From Phycisphaeraceae bacterium (GTDB lineage: Bacteria > Planctomycetota > Phycisphaerae > Phycisphaerales > Phycisphaeraceae), in assembly GCA_963674705.1 (NCBI GenBank), contig OY771506.1, positions 1,248,001 to 1,312,000 on the forward strand: a stretch of DNA of 64,000 bases, read 5' to 3'. Position 1 is the stretch's first letter; every line of letters begins with the position of its first letter. Both the position numbers and the translations under genes were made by a program. Below are positions 39,501-49,728 of this stretch, piece by piece. The notes under the pieces were generated by a model. It made no database searches and was not told where the DNA came from. It saw only the letters and a program-made list of their open reading frames with translations.

Positions 39501-41210
39501 ATGAGCGACTTCCTTGGCGACTTCTGTCTGGTACTGCACGGCCACCTTCCTTATGTGCTGCGGCATGGCACCTGGCCTCACGGCGAGGACTGGCTATATG
39601 AAGCGGCGGCAGAGACTTACCTGCCTTTGCTGGCGATGGTGGATGAGTGCGTGTTCTTCAATGCCCTGCCCAAGGTCACGATGGGTCTGACGCCTGTCCT
39701 GCTTGAGCAGCTTAGCCATGAGCACTTCAAGAAGGGCTTCGAGCATTACCTTGAGGATCGCGTGCAGCAGGCGACGTACGATCTGGGTGACTTCAAGCGC
39801 ATCGACAACGGGCACATGGCTTTCCTGGCGGAGCAGTGGATCAAGACATTCACCGGCTTGCAGGAACAGTTCAAGAAGATGGATCGGGATATCCCCGGTG
39901 CGTTCGCCAAGCAGGCGAAGGCCGGGTACCTGGAAATCCTAACCAGCAACGCGACGCACGGCTATATGCCGCTTTTGTATCACGATGACTCGATCCGCGC
40001 GCAGATCCGTGCGGGTGTGGCGTCGAGCGAGCGGATCCTTGGGTTCAAGCCGACGGGCATGTGGCTGCCGGAGTGCGCGTATCGACCGAGCGGCGACTGG
40101 GACCCGCCGATCCACTGGGGCCGGGTGCATGGGCGCGTGGGCATCGAGCACCTGGTTGCCGACGAAGGGATCACGCACTTCTTCGTGGAGAACCACCTGA
40201 TCCAGAACAGCCGAAGCGAACAGGTCTACAACAACGACCAGTGGTGGAAGGTCGGCTGGGACGAGGCGGTGAAGTATCCGAGCCGGGGTTGGCGCAGCGT
40301 GAACGAGCCGCATGGTGTGAATTCGGACGGCACGGGTCTGGCGCGCGTCGCGGCGTTTGCGCGCGATCCGGATGTGTGCGAAAGCGTCTGGTCGGGCGAC
40401 ATCGGTTATCCGGCCGACGGTGTGTATCTTGAATTCCACAAAACGTGGAGCCCGAAGCGCGGCCTGCGCTACTGGAAGGTCACGGGTAAGAAGACGGACC
40501 TCGGCGACAAGCACCTGTACTATCCGGACAACGTCCCCGGCAAGCTGCACGAGCATGCGCAGGACTTTGTGAACAAGATCAAGGGTCGTCTGTACGAATA
40601 CCGCGAGATGACGGGGCGCTGCGGCATGGTGACGGCGACGTTCGATGCGGAGCTGTTCGGGCACTGGTGGTATGAAGGGCCGAAGTTCCTGCGCGACGTG
40701 ATGCTGACGCTGAACGCGGACCCGCAGATCGGCGTGTGCACGACGAACGAATATCTTGAAAAGACGTTCGTGGATAAGGTTGTCGCGCTGCCCGAGGGTT
40801 CGTGGGGCGATAAGGGCGATCACCGCGTGTGGGCGAACGAGCAGGTCAACTGGATGTGGGACATCGAGTACCGCTGCGAGACGAACTTCTTAAGGTTTGT
40901 GCGTGAGCTTCCCTGGAAAGAGAATAAGGAAGTGCACGAGCTACTGAAGAAAGCCGGGCGCGAGTTGCTATTGCTCCAGGCAAGCGACTGGCCGTTCGTG
41001 ATCCGTCGCGGGCAGGCGGTGGACTACGGCATCAAACGCTACATGCAGCACGTCGCACGCTTCGAGAGCCTGACCGATATTGCTGAAAAGGTTGCGGCCG
41101 ACAACGAATACCTGGGCAAGCTGACCGAGGTCGAGAAGTTCGAGATCCAGGAAGCGGAAATCCACGATGTGATCTTCCCCGAGATCGATCTGAACTGGTG
41201 GAAGTCATAG
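39501..41210 (+). CDS. GH57 family 1,4-alpha-glucan branching enzyme-like (DUF1957)
   Basis: VLHGHLPYV, ETYLPL, WLPECAY (nucleophile Glu), FDAELFGHWWYEG (acid/base Asp), QASDWPF. Confidence 0.93.
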   Translation: MSDFLGDFCLVLHGHLPYVLRHGTWPHGEDWLYEAAAETYLPLLAMVDECVFFNALPKVTMGLTPVLLEQLSHEHFKKGFEHYLEDRVQQATYDLGDFKRIDNGHMAFLAEQWIKTFTGLQEQFKKMDRDIPGAFAKQAKAGYLEILTSNATHGYMPLLYHDDSIRAQIRAGVASSERILGFKPTGMWLPECAYRPSGDWDPPIHWGRVHGRVGIEHLVADEGITHFFVENHLIQNSRSEQVYNNDQWWKVGWDEAVKYPSRGWRSVNEPHGVNSDGTGLARVAAFARDPDVCESVWSGDIGYPADGVYLEFHKTWSPKRGLRYWKVTGKKTDLGDKHLYYPDNVPGKLHEHAQDFVNKIKGRLYEYREMTGRCGMVTATFDAELFGHWWYEGPKFLRDVMLTLNADPQIGVCTTNEYLEKTFVDKVVALPEGSWGDKGDHRVWANEQVNWMWDIEYRCETNFLRFVRELPWKENKEVHELLKKAGRELLLLQASDWPFVIRRGQAVDYGIKRYMQHVARFESLTDIAEKVAADNEYLGKLTEVEKFEIQEAEIHDVIFPEIDLNWWKS

Positions 41211-41219
41211 AAGAGATTC

Positions 41220-41385
41220 ACCGCGGAGTACGCAGAGACGCAGAGGAGGGGAACAGGGATAAACACAGATGAACACAGATGGGATTGAGTGTGCAACCTC
41301 TTAACCCATAAAATTCTTATCCGTGTTTATCTGTGTTCATCCCTGTTAATCATGTTTTTCTCTGTGCCTCTGTGTCTCCGTGGTT
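41220..41385. repeat. Nested empty inverted periodic elements
   Basis: AACAGGGATAAACACAGATGAACACAGAT (41252-41280) pairs with 41319-41347; outer arms ACCGCGGAG..GCAGAG / CTCTGTG..CTCCGTGGT. Confidence 0.88.
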
Positions 41386-41392
41386 CAAAATC

Positions 41393-42040
41393 ATGAAGTT
41401 ATTAGTAGCTACCTCCAACCCGCATAAGCTTGAAGAGATCCGGGCGATTGTGACGGATGAATCGATTGAGTTGCTCTCGCTGGCGGATTTGCCGGAGGTA
41501 ATTGACGAGCCGGTCGAGGATGGGGATACGTTTGAAGCGAACGCGGAGCTGAAGGCCCGTTATTACGCGAAGGCGGCGGGGATGTTGTGTCTTGCGGACG
41601 ACAGCGGGCTTGAGGTCGATGCGCTTGATGGCGAACCGGGCGTGCGCAGCGCGCGCTACAGCAATACCGACGGCCCACGCGCCGAACGCGACCGCGCGAA
41701 CGGGCGGTTCCTGTTGAAAAACCTTGAAGGCGTGCCTGTTGAGAAACGTGATGCACGTTTTGTCTGCGCGATGGCGTTAGTCGATGGGCGAGATGGGAAA
41801 GATGAAACAATCGCGGTGGTGCGAGGCACGCTGGAAGGTCGCATCCTTATGCCCGAAGAAGCCGACGATCCATCGCAACCCGAGCGCGGGCGCGGCAGCA
41901 ATGGGTTTGGATATGATCCGATTGTTTACTTGCCGGATAGAAACTTGACTGTCGCTCAACTCAGCAGCGAAGAGAAGAACGCGATCAGCCATCGGGGGAA
42001 CGCGGTGGAGCAGATTTGGCCGATGATCCAGACGTTGTGA
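41393..42040 (+). CDS. rdgB: Non-canonical purine NTP pyrophosphatase (RdgB/HAM1)
   Basis: ATSNPHKLEE, ADDSGL, PGVRSARY, GFGYDP, KNAISHRG. Confidence 0.96.
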   Translation: MKLLVATSNPHKLEEIRAIVTDESIELLSLADLPEVIDEPVEDGDTFEANAELKARYYAKAAGMLCLADDSGLEVDALDGEPGVRSARYSNTDGPRAERDRANGRFLLKNLEGVPVEKRDARFVCAMALVDGRDGKDETIAVVRGTLEGRILMPEEADDPSQPERGRGSNGFGYDPIVYLPDRNLTVAQLSSEEKNAISHRGNAVEQIWPMIQTL

Positions 42041-42068
42041 TGTATTTATATAGAAGGGGTGCCGGGGT

Positions 42069-42599
42069 ATGTCTGTAAATAAAGATCTCATCAGGACGTT
42101 CATGCAGGCCGCGGTCAATGATCACGGCAAGGCTCGAGGTTTACTTAAGAAGCACCCGCAATTGCGAGAGTGCGAGGTTGTCGCGGGGGAGAATCTGTTG
42201 CACTACCTGGCAATCGAATCCTATGCTGAGGCGGTCGATTTTCTCGCTGAAGAGGGATTTGCCTTCGATAAACCGGATGAGTTTGGTAACACCCCCCTGC
42301 TTCATGCGGCTGTTGTTGGCTCGTACGAGGTTGCAGATGTGTTGTTGCGGCGAGGGGCCGATCCCAATACCGAGTCCCTGACAATGGGTACTGTCTTGTT
42401 CTGTGCGATCAGGTCCGCCAATCCCAAGCTGGTCAAACTGCTTCTTGATCACGGTGCAAAACCTGATTTCGTCGACGACATGGGCGACTCTGCCCTTGAT
42501 GTCGTACAGCAGGAAGTCACGCTCAAGCGTAAGCCGCACGTGGGCGCTGAGATCGGGCGAATGTTGAAAGAAGCGATGGCAAAGCAGTCAGGCGATTGA
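42069..42599 (+). CDS. Ankyrin repeat protein
   Basis: GENLLHY, GNTPLLHAA, LLRRGADPN, LLDHGAKPD. Confidence 0.9.
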   Translation: MSVNKDLIRTFMQAAVNDHGKARGLLKKHPQLRECEVVAGENLLHYLAIESYAEAVDFLAEEGFAFDKPDEFGNTPLLHAAVVGSYEVADVLLRRGADPNTESLTMGTVLFCAIRSANPKLVKLLLDHGAKPDFVDDMGDSALDVVQQEVTLKRKPHVGAEIGRMLKEAMAKQSGD

Positions 42600-42611
42600 T
42601 GTGCTATTAGG

Positions 42612-42698
42612 CAACTCGGCAGTGACCAGAAGAACGCGATCAGCCATCGGGGGAATGCTGTGAAGAAGGTGTGGCCTGCTATTCAAGTCTTGGGATAA
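42612..42698 (+). pseudogene. Orphan duplicate of the rdgB 3' end
   Basis: Encodes QLGSDQKNAISHRGNAVKKVWPAIQVLG*, versus rdgB QLSSEEKNAISHRGNAVEQIWPMIQTL*; 28-bp identical core (41973-42000 = 42628-42655). Confidence 0.9.
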
Positions 42699-42719
42699 GC
42701 CTTATTCAAAGGCATCGCT

Positions 42720-43094
42720 ATGCGAAACTACCGGAAAGTCGGCAATTACCTGATCGCTTTATCAGCGGGCATCTGGTTCTGCTTGCTGGGTTGTTATCTG
42801 GTGATTCTGTTTATCAAGAAGACCGATATGGGGCGACAAGCATCAGAAACTGGAGAAGGTACGGGCTGGGCCCTGATATACGGTGCGAGTTATGGCTGCT
42901 TAGTGGCGGGTTTTATCAACACATTCGCGATCTTGCACGCTTTATATCGTTACCGAACCGTGCTCCGACAACGGCGGTATTCATCGGTCTGTGGGATATT
43001 TGCATTGGTGACCGCAGGCGTCTGGCTGGTGATTCTGTTGCCGATCTTGTGGAGAGTTTTTGCAGGTATGGTTATGTCCGAGGGAACGCCGTAA
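42720..43094 (+). CDS. Small hypothetical membrane protein (3 TM)
   Basis: Hydrophobic 124-aa ORF. Confidence 0.6.
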   Translation: MRNYRKVGNYLIALSAGIWFCLLGCYLVILFIKKTDMGRQASETGEGTGWALIYGASYGCLVAGFINTFAILHALYRYRTVLRQRRYSSVCGIFALVTAGVWLVILLPILWRVFAGMVMSEGTP

Positions 43095-43213
43095 CGGATC
43101 TGAATGATAAAAGTAATTAAGCGCCAAATCCTTTTTTTCTCTCGACTTTTAACTGCTCTCATGAGAGAATCAATTCAGACTTACATCGTGTTTAGTTGAC
43201 GGGGCATAACATC

Positions 43214-43579
43214 ATGATTGAACTATCCAGCCAAAGTACTGTGGCCAGGTTTTTTGTTGTCTTGAGTGGTGTGGCAATAGCTGCAACCGCATTGCTTGCA
43301 GGAGGTTTGCTGTTGTTTGCCGAGCATGTAATGGCGGACTTTGATATTGATACCCCCCGTGCATTTCAGGCGGTTGCTTCGTGGGGATTAACGCCGCTTG
43401 TAAGCCTGTGGCTTGTCTATATGTTTTCCGTTGCGTTGTTTTTCGGCTATCGCGCGACAGAGAATCGTGCGTGGGCACTCATTATTATTTTTATGCTTGC
43501 TTTGCTCTATAACCTGTTCGTGGTTGTGATTGCATTGGATATGATTATGCCGCTGTGTTGTGGTGGTTCGATTATGTGA
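43214..43579 (+). CDS. Small hypothetical membrane protein (3 TM)
   Basis: Hydrophobic low-GC ORF. Confidence 0.55.
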   Translation: MIELSSQSTVARFFVVLSGVAIAATALLAGGLLLFAEHVMADFDIDTPRAFQAVASWGLTPLVSLWLVYMFSVALFFGYRATENRAWALIIIFMLALLYNLFVVVIALDMIMPLCCGGSIM

Positions 43580-44524
43580 TCAAGCCAATAACTTACCAAG
43601 CTCGCTGCGATTTCTTGATACCTCTTGATAGATCTTCGCGACGGCTTCGCCCGTGAGGTGGTCGAAGTCTTCGCGTCTTGGGGTAATGAGCATGCCGAGC
43701 ATGTCGACGAGGCCGGGGCTGACTAACACGTTTGCGGGGGCGGGATCGTGCCCGAAGTTACTGGGGCGGTGGGAGACGCGTGGGAAGAAGACGACGCGCA
43801 TCAGGCCGTTGGCGTGTGTTGCCAAGGCGTTGAGCATCGGTTCGGGCTGGGCGGGGAAGTGTTCGTCGAGGTTGGCCAGCGTTTTGATCGCCTGGTTCAA
43901 TACGTCGCCGCGGTCTTTGCCGCCGATGACAATGGCGGGCGGCTGGGGCTGCGCGGTCAGGCCCAGCGCGATGTTCTCGATCTGGAGCGTACGGTCATAA
44001 AGCGCGGGGTCGCCGGAGAGCAGCGCTTCCTCGAACGGGGTTGCGCCGAGCGGGCTTGCTTGTAAGTGCAAATGGTCGGGGGCGCTTGCGCCGCACTTCG
44101 GGCCGTTATAAAAAATAGTGAACTCGCCGCTTAATGTTTCGGCCAGTTCGAGCATCTTCGGCAGGCAAGCATGGATCGATTGCGGCTGATGTTCGAGCGT
44201 GGGCACGGTGAAGTGCGGATCGAAGATCGGCATGGGGTTGCAGAGGAAGACGTAGCCGTCGCCCGCATCGATGCCGCGCTGTTCAGCAGGTCGATTCTTT
44301 TCACATAGGAAGCACGGGCGGGCCGCGATGGATTTGGCATCGACTTTCGCCGAGGCACTTGCGACACGGCCGGGATTGAACTGCAGCCGACAATGCAGCC
44401 CATCGTATGCAACCTCACGCACTTCGGATTCGGCGAGGAATCCGAGGCCGCGCTGCATCATCGGCCATTCGTTTTTCTGCTCGTCCCAGAGCGTGCGCAA
44501 CTGATCCGCGAGATTACTTGCCAC
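43580..44524 (-). CDS. DUF4922-type HIT-like nucleotidyltransferase/phosphorylase
   Basis: QFNPGR..S, RPCFLC, NPMPI..HFT, YNGPKCGASAPDHLHLQ (HxHxQ). Confidence 0.85.
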   Translation of the reverse strand: MASNLADQLRTLWDEQKNEWPMMQRGLGFLAESEVREVAYDGLHCRLQFNPGRVASASAKVDAKSIAARPCFLCEKNRPAEQRGIDAGDGYVFLCNPMPIFDPHFTVPTLEHQPQSIHACLPKMLELAETLSGEFTIFYNGPKCGASAPDHLHLQASPLGATPFEEALLSGDPALYDRTLQIENIALGLTAQPQPPAIVIGGKDRGDVLNQAIKTLANLDEHFPAQPEPMLNALATHANGLMRVVFFPRVSHRPSNFGHDPAPANVLVSPGLVDMLGMLITPRREDFDHLTGEAVAKIYQEVSRNRSELGKLLA

Positions 44525-45992
44525 AGCTACAACTCGCTTTCGCGTTCATCTTGATGCGGGCCATCAGTTCGAGCGTACGCAGCCGATCTTTGTAAAGATC
44601 GTGGTTGTTCTTCACTTCCAGCGGCAGGTCGGCATCGGTGTTGTCGTCCCAGCGTCGGCATAAGTAGAGCGGGTCGTAGATGCGGCCGATCTCGTGGCGG
44701 CGGGAGATGGTCATCGCGATGCCGTAGTCTTCGCCGTAGGACGTATTGGGCAGCGGGTTTTCACGCATGACGGCGGTGCTGAACGCACGCGGCGCGCCGA
44801 TGCCGTTGACGCGCATCAGGTTGTTACGGCCGTTGTCGCGGGTCCATTCCTTGTGATCAATCAGGCCGGGCGGGATTTCATCAAGATCGAAGTTCACCAT
44901 TTTGTACGCGCCGACGACCATCGCATACGGGCCGGCTTCCAACTGCCCTACCATCTTCGCGACGGTGTTTTCGTCGATGTAGATGTCATCTGAGTCGAGT
45001 TGCACGGCCCATTTGCCGCAGTGTTCGCTCTGAAGCGCGTAGTTCCAGCAGCCGCCGATGCCGAGGTCCTTCGGCTCGGGGATCAGGTGGACGAGGTTGT
45101 CGTATTCCTTGGTCGCCTTGGCGAGCATGTCGGTCGTGCCGTCGGTCGAGTGGTTGTCGACAACGATGACGTTGAACTTGAAGTCGGCCTTCTGCGTGCA
45201 GGCGCTCTTGACGGCGTCGGCGACGGTCTTGATGCGGTTGCGCACGGGGATGATAACGCTGGCGGTCAGGGGGAAGTCGCCATCGACCTTCGGCAATTCA
45301 AACTGCGGAGCGAGGTAAGCGCCGATGCGCTTAAGGTGTTCGGTTTCGATCGCTTCGCTTTCGAGCTGCGCGGCGCGGTTTTTCGGATCGACATAGTCGA
45401 ACATCTTCTTGCCGGTCGGTCGCAGGTCGGGGTTCGGCCGGGTGTAGAGGTTTTCCTGTAAGCGGATGGGCATGCCGACTTGCGTGATGCGAAGGCGCAG
45501 GTCGTAGAACGCGCCGGCTTCTGAATCCATCAGCTCGCCGGATAGCTCCGTAGCTTTCTTGATCGCACCGACGTTCCATGCGGTCACCGGGCCGAACTCG
45601 AACTCGTCGCGCATGCTGCCGAGTTGGTAGTCGATGGTCGCGCAGGCCTTGGGGCCGTCGGCAGTGTCCTGAAGGTAGTGGCAGTACATCATTGCTGCGC
45701 CGCTGGAGCAGGTCGCCTTGGCGAGGCGTTCGAGCGATGCGCCGGACATGGTGACTTCATCGCGCACGCAGACCATGACGCCGGGCTCGAGTGAGGCGAG
45801 CACACCGCGCCAGGCAGCGCCTGAGAGCGACTTATCGGTGACGACTTGTTCGACGGGTTTGGCTGTTTGACCGAGCTTCTGTTCCGGGCCGACGAGCACG
45901 ACCCGCCCCACCGGCGTGTTGACCCAGCCATCGAGTAACTTCGTCAGCCATCCGTCGGTCAGGCCGGTGTGCGGGATAAGAACGGTGATCAC
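44514..45992 (-). CDS. Glycosyltransferase family 2 with a degenerate N-terminal GT-like domain
   Basis: SVIIPVRNR, VVDNHSTDGT, QLDSDD, SYGEDY; IDYQLGSMRDEFEFG. Confidence 0.9.
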   Translation of the reverse strand: MITVLIPHTGLTDGWLTKLLDGWVNTPVGRVVLVGPEQKLGQTAKPVEQVVTDKSLSGAAWRGVLASLEPGVMVCVRDEVTMSGASLERLAKATCSSGAAMMYCHYLQDTADGPKACATIDYQLGSMRDEFEFGPVTAWNVGAIKKATELSGELMDSEAGAFYDLRLRITQVGMPIRLQENLYTRPNPDLRPTGKKMFDYVDPKNRAAQLESEAIETEHLKRIGAYLAPQFELPKVDGDFPLTASVIIPVRNRIKTVADAVKSACTQKADFKFNVIVVDNHSTDGTTDMLAKATKEYDNLVHLIPEPKDLGIGGCWNYALQSEHCGKWAVQLDSDDIYIDENTVAKMVGQLEAGPYAMVVGAYKMVNFDLDEIPPGLIDHKEWTRDNGRNNLMRVNGIGAPRAFSTAVMRENPLPNTSYGEDYGIAMTISRRHEIGRIYDPLYLCRRWDDNTDADLPLEVKNNHDLYKDRLRTLELMARIKMNAKASCSCGK

Positions 45993-46155
45993 AAGTCGGC
46001 TCCAGTTAATGGTTTGTGGGCTCTTGCCGTGATTGTCGGCGCATGCTGATTCACGGCACAGACCAATATTATAGAATTATCCGCCACATCCGTATACCGC
46101 AAGCATACGCCCGTTAAGCTGCGCAAATAGCGCCTCCCCCACTGCTGGATCTTAC

Positions 46156-47913
46156 CTATTCGGCGTCGGTCTTGAAGTCGATGTTGTTGCGCTGAAGCAG
46201 GGTGCCCGTGGACTGGTACAACGTTGCGATCGCGTTGTGATAGTCGGCCAGGGCTTGTGCTTCCTGCACTTCAGCGTCGGCCAAGCGCTCCTGCGTCGAC
46301 AGCTTCTGGTTGATCAGGAACTGCGGCGTCAGCGCGACGCCGGACGCTTCCTGCACCTCGATCGCACGCAGGCTGTCGGCGGCGGCACGACGGGCGGCGC
46401 GGGTCGCGCCGATCAGCTCGTACGATGTCTGCACGTTCCGCAGCGCGTTCTTCACTTCCTGCACGACCTGCTGCGCCTGACGTTGATACGCCAGTGCCAG
46501 CGATTTACTTTCCAGTTGACGCCTGCGGTAGAGCGCTTCGGCGGCGCGGTTGCCGATCGGCATCTCGAACTGCGCGCCCAGCAGGTAATCGATGTAGTCA
46601 AGATCATCCACGACGCTATAGGCGCCTGAAGCGTCGTCGGTCGACATGCCGTTGAACTGCGCGGCGGCAGCGACGTTCAAAAGCGGCAGGCGGGCATTGT
46701 CGGCTACGCGCTGACGCACGGACGCGTCTTTGATGTCTAACAGTGCGATCTTCATCTCCGGCCGTTCCCGTAACGCCTGGGTGACCAGGTCCAGCAGGCT
46801 GAAGGTGATTGGCGCATCGGCCGGGGCGTCTGACGGGATGATGAGCGTTTCTTCTGCGACCGGCAGATCGGGTGAATTCAGCAGTTGTTTAAGCTGATCG
46901 GAAGCGGTACGTACCGCCGAGCGGGCCCGGATCACGTCCGCACGATGCAGCTCAACGAAGCTGTTTGCTTCGGTGATTTCGACGGGGCTGGCATCGTATG
47001 CGCGGCGTTCGATCAGCCGGTCACGGTCGTTGGTCGAGCGCTCCAGCAGGCGAACACGCACACGCAACTGCTGCATCGCGAAGAAGACGTTCCAATAGCC
47101 TGATTCCACATCGGCTACAACCTGAAGCAGTTGGCGCTTAAGCTGCTGGGTTTCTGCCAGACGCTCGTTTTGTGCCAGCACGATGTTCGAGCGGTTGATG
47201 TCGGACCCGAAGTTGCGCAGCAACGGCTGTTCGAGCCTGACAAGCACATCCGCGTCGTAGTACTTCTTGACGTTATAGACGGTGGGGTCGGAGTAGTTAC
47301 GGTTCAGGTCGGTTTGCACTGTGATCTGGCCGCCGGAGATCATCGGCTTGCGGATGCCGGTGCTCAGTTCGATCGTTTCGCTTTGCGTGTCGCCGGACAA
47401 TGAAGAGAAGCTGCCGAGCGGCTGGGGCGTGTCGAGGTTGCTGTAATTAAGGTTGGTGAAGAACGTCGCATCGAAGACGGCCTCGGCCTGCTGGATTCGT
47501 GCCTGGCTGATCGCGGGGCTCATCTGCGCGATCTGGATGTCGAGGTTGTTCTTCACGGCGATCGCGACCGCTTCCTGAAGCGAGAGGCGGACCACGGATA
47601 CCCGGTCGTTGCCGAGCAGGTCCTGCCCGGGTTTCAGTTCCAGACCCTGGTACGCGCGCAAGCCGCTCATCTGATCCAGCTCTTCGCGGCGCTCGTTGCT
47701 GAGTTCGGACTCCACATCGCTGGGTTCACGGCTCAGTTCGATCGACTGGGCTTCGGAGATCGACGCCAAATGGGCCCGGTGGGCGTTGATCATCGACTCG
47801 CGCAGCGCCTGCTCGGGCGTACGCTCCATCGGCCCCGCGCAGCCCGCCACCACGGCCGCCAACAACGCGCCCAAACTGGCGCAACCGGTCAATAAAGGCA
47901 TTTTTCGCTTCAT
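46156..47913 (-). CDS. TolC-family outer membrane efflux lipoprotein
   Basis: Lipobox VAGC; LSLQEAVAIAVKNNLDI, QPLLRNFG, PIGNRAA. Start at MKRKMPLL. Confidence 0.9.
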   Translation of the reverse strand: MKRKMPLLTGCASLGALLAAVVAGCAGPMERTPEQALRESMINAHRAHLASISEAQSIELSREPSDVESELSNERREELDQMSGLRAYQGLELKPGQDLLGNDRVSVVRLSLQEAVAIAVKNNLDIQIAQMSPAISQARIQQAEAVFDATFFTNLNYSNLDTPQPLGSFSSLSGDTQSETIELSTGIRKPMISGGQITVQTDLNRNYSDPTVYNVKKYYDADVLVRLEQPLLRNFGSDINRSNIVLAQNERLAETQQLKRQLLQVVADVESGYWNVFFAMQQLRVRVRLLERSTNDRDRLIERRAYDASPVEITEANSFVELHRADVIRARSAVRTASDQLKQLLNSPDLPVAEETLIIPSDAPADAPITFSLLDLVTQALRERPEMKIALLDIKDASVRQRVADNARLPLLNVAAAAQFNGMSTDDASGAYSVVDDLDYIDYLLGAQFEMPIGNRAAEALYRRRQLESKSLALAYQRQAQQVVQEVKNALRNVQTSYELIGATRAARRAAADSLRAIEVQEASGVALTPQFLINQKLSTQERLADAEVQEAQALADYHNAIATLYQSTGTLLQRNNIDFKTDAE

Positions 47914-48243
47914 AAGAGTCGGATCATACGCCCCAGAGGGTGAAGATGCCAATTCGGGCGTACATTGTACGAAGTCCCTGTGCATTGTCTTGTCATGATT
48001 GGGAGGGGTTGGGTCAGGGGTGGTGGCATAATGAAGGGACGGGACCGCGTGTAAAGGCCTCTGGTGCTGGGTGTTATTTGGTGGTTTTGAGCGTACTGAA
48101 CCAAGATGTATCAAGCGCTGCTTTGCCACCCCGACTGATGTCATCCCCGCATCCGTCTGGCTCGCTGCCACGCCATCCAACAACGTCGTGCATGCTGCCC
48201 CCTGCGCGGGAATGACGGCCATCAATAATGAATGCAAATAGTT

Positions 48244-49302
48244 CTATTTCTCGGATGGCTTTTCGGCATCGATCTGGGCCTGGCGTCGGTCCAGCAGTTT
48301 GCGGGCCAACAGTTGCATGTCTTCGACGGTGTCGGTTTCGTCCATGATCTCAACGCCCAGCAGGGTTTCCAGCACATCCTCGAGGCTGACCAGGCCCGCC
48401 GAGCCGCCGAACTCATCCACGACCAGGAACAACTGTTCACGTCGTTGGATAAACGTTTTGAGCACGTTGGATAGCCGGGCCGTCTCGGGCACGGCATGCA
48501 GCGGTTTGGCGAGCTGCTTCAGAGTCGTCTTGCCCCGCCCTTCGCCCAACGCTTTGTAAAGCGCGTGGCGGTGGATCTGACCCTTGACCTCATCCAGTGA
48601 GTCGCCGACCACGGGGATCCGCGCGAACGGCGGCGGCGCGCCTTGCGTGACATCGGCGACGGTTTGATCGGCGGGCAGGGTGTAGACCACCGTGCGCGGC
48701 GTCATCACCTGCTCGACCGTGGTATCGCGCAGCGCCAGCAGGTTGCGGATCACCCTCGCCTCATCTTTGTCGAGCGTTCCGTCCGACTGCGCGAGCGTCG
48801 CCAGGCCGCTGATCTCAAGCCGGCTGATCCTCGGCTGGTCCTTGCCGCGCCGAGACAGCATGCGAGAAATCAGTTCACAGCCCGCGACGGCCGGGCGCAA
48901 CACGATGATCATCACGTGAATGATCCACGCCGCTGTCGGGGCCAACGACTTGGCGTGTACCGCGCCCAGTGTCTTGGGGATGATTTCGGAGATCACGAGG
49001 ATCAACAGCGTGACCACGAAGCCGACCACGCCCACCCACGCATCGCCCCAGAGCAGCGCCGCTTCCGCGCCGACGCCCGCGGCGCCAAGTGTGTGCGCGA
49101 ACGTATTCAATGTCAGGATCGCCGCGAGGGGACGATCCACATCGTCTTTCATCCGTCGCAGCCGTTCGCCCGCCGGCCTGCCCTGCTCGATCAGCGACGC
49201 GATGTGCGATTGCGGTACGCTCAGCAGTACCGCTTCCAGCATCGAACACAGGAATGATATTGCCAGCGCCATAAACAGGTACGCCAGCAGCAGGATCATC
49301 AT
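48244..49302 (-). CDS. CNNM/CorC (DUF21 + CBS) hemolysin-like Mg/Co transport protein
   Basis: SFLCSMLEAVLLS, AILTLNT, SEIIPKT, VMTPR, VVDEFGG...LEDVLE. Confidence 0.92.
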   Translation of the reverse strand: MMILLLAYLFMALAISFLCSMLEAVLLSVPQSHIASLIEQGRPAGERLRRMKDDVDRPLAAILTLNTFAHTLGAAGVGAEAALLWGDAWVGVVGFVVTLLILVISEIIPKTLGAVHAKSLAPTAAWIIHVMIIVLRPAVAGCELISRMLSRRGKDQPRISRLEISGLATLAQSDGTLDKDEARVIRNLLALRDTTVEQVMTPRTVVYTLPADQTVADVTQGAPPPFARIPVVGDSLDEVKGQIHRHALYKALGEGRGKTTLKQLAKPLHAVPETARLSNVLKTFIQRREQLFLVVDEFGGSAGLVSLEDVLETLLGVEIMDETDTVEDMQLLARKLLDRRQAQIDAEKPSEK

Positions 49303-49456
49303 CGGTATCAACTCCCTGTGAAGTTATCCGCCCCTATTGTAGCGAGCATACACGTCGGATCGCGGGTGTTTGAGTTACGGGGTGCGTTGGAAGCGATGTG
49401 TTTCCATCTCTCAACAGTTTAGGAGTGTGCATGATTACCGCCCAGAGGGCGGCGAA

Positions 49457-49626
49457 ATGTAGCCACGGGTGTAGCGCAGCGCAACCCGTGGTCATCAAGT
49501 AAGTTTAGTTCCCTTCACCCCGCCCCGGCAGGGGCGGTGGTAACAATGCCTTCACCCCTCCCGGGGCGAATTAAAACAGACCGCAAGTTTCCCACGGGTT
49601 GCGCTGCGCAACACCCGTGGCTACAT
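49457..49626. repeat. GTAG-type REPIN (inverted REP pair)
   Basis: ATGTAGCCACGGGTGTAGCGCAGCGCAACCCGTGG (49457-49491) matches the reverse complement of 49592-49626 at 34/35; small GCCCC..GGGGC hairpins in and around it. Confidence 0.9.
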
Positions 49627-49728
49627 GCCCTAACCCCTTCGGGGTATGCGCTTTGCCCACTGGCCGTGATCAATGCAAGAATATCACTCTCATCTGATAT
49701 TCAATTGGCCAATGCGTTACGCGTTGAT

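Noticed and set aside
47914..48237. N-terminal extension of the TolC ORF (likewise the upstream extensions of atpD, marR, rubrerythrin and OLD in the ORF track)
   Set aside because: Homology, signal peptides or promoter/RBS positions point to downstream start codons.
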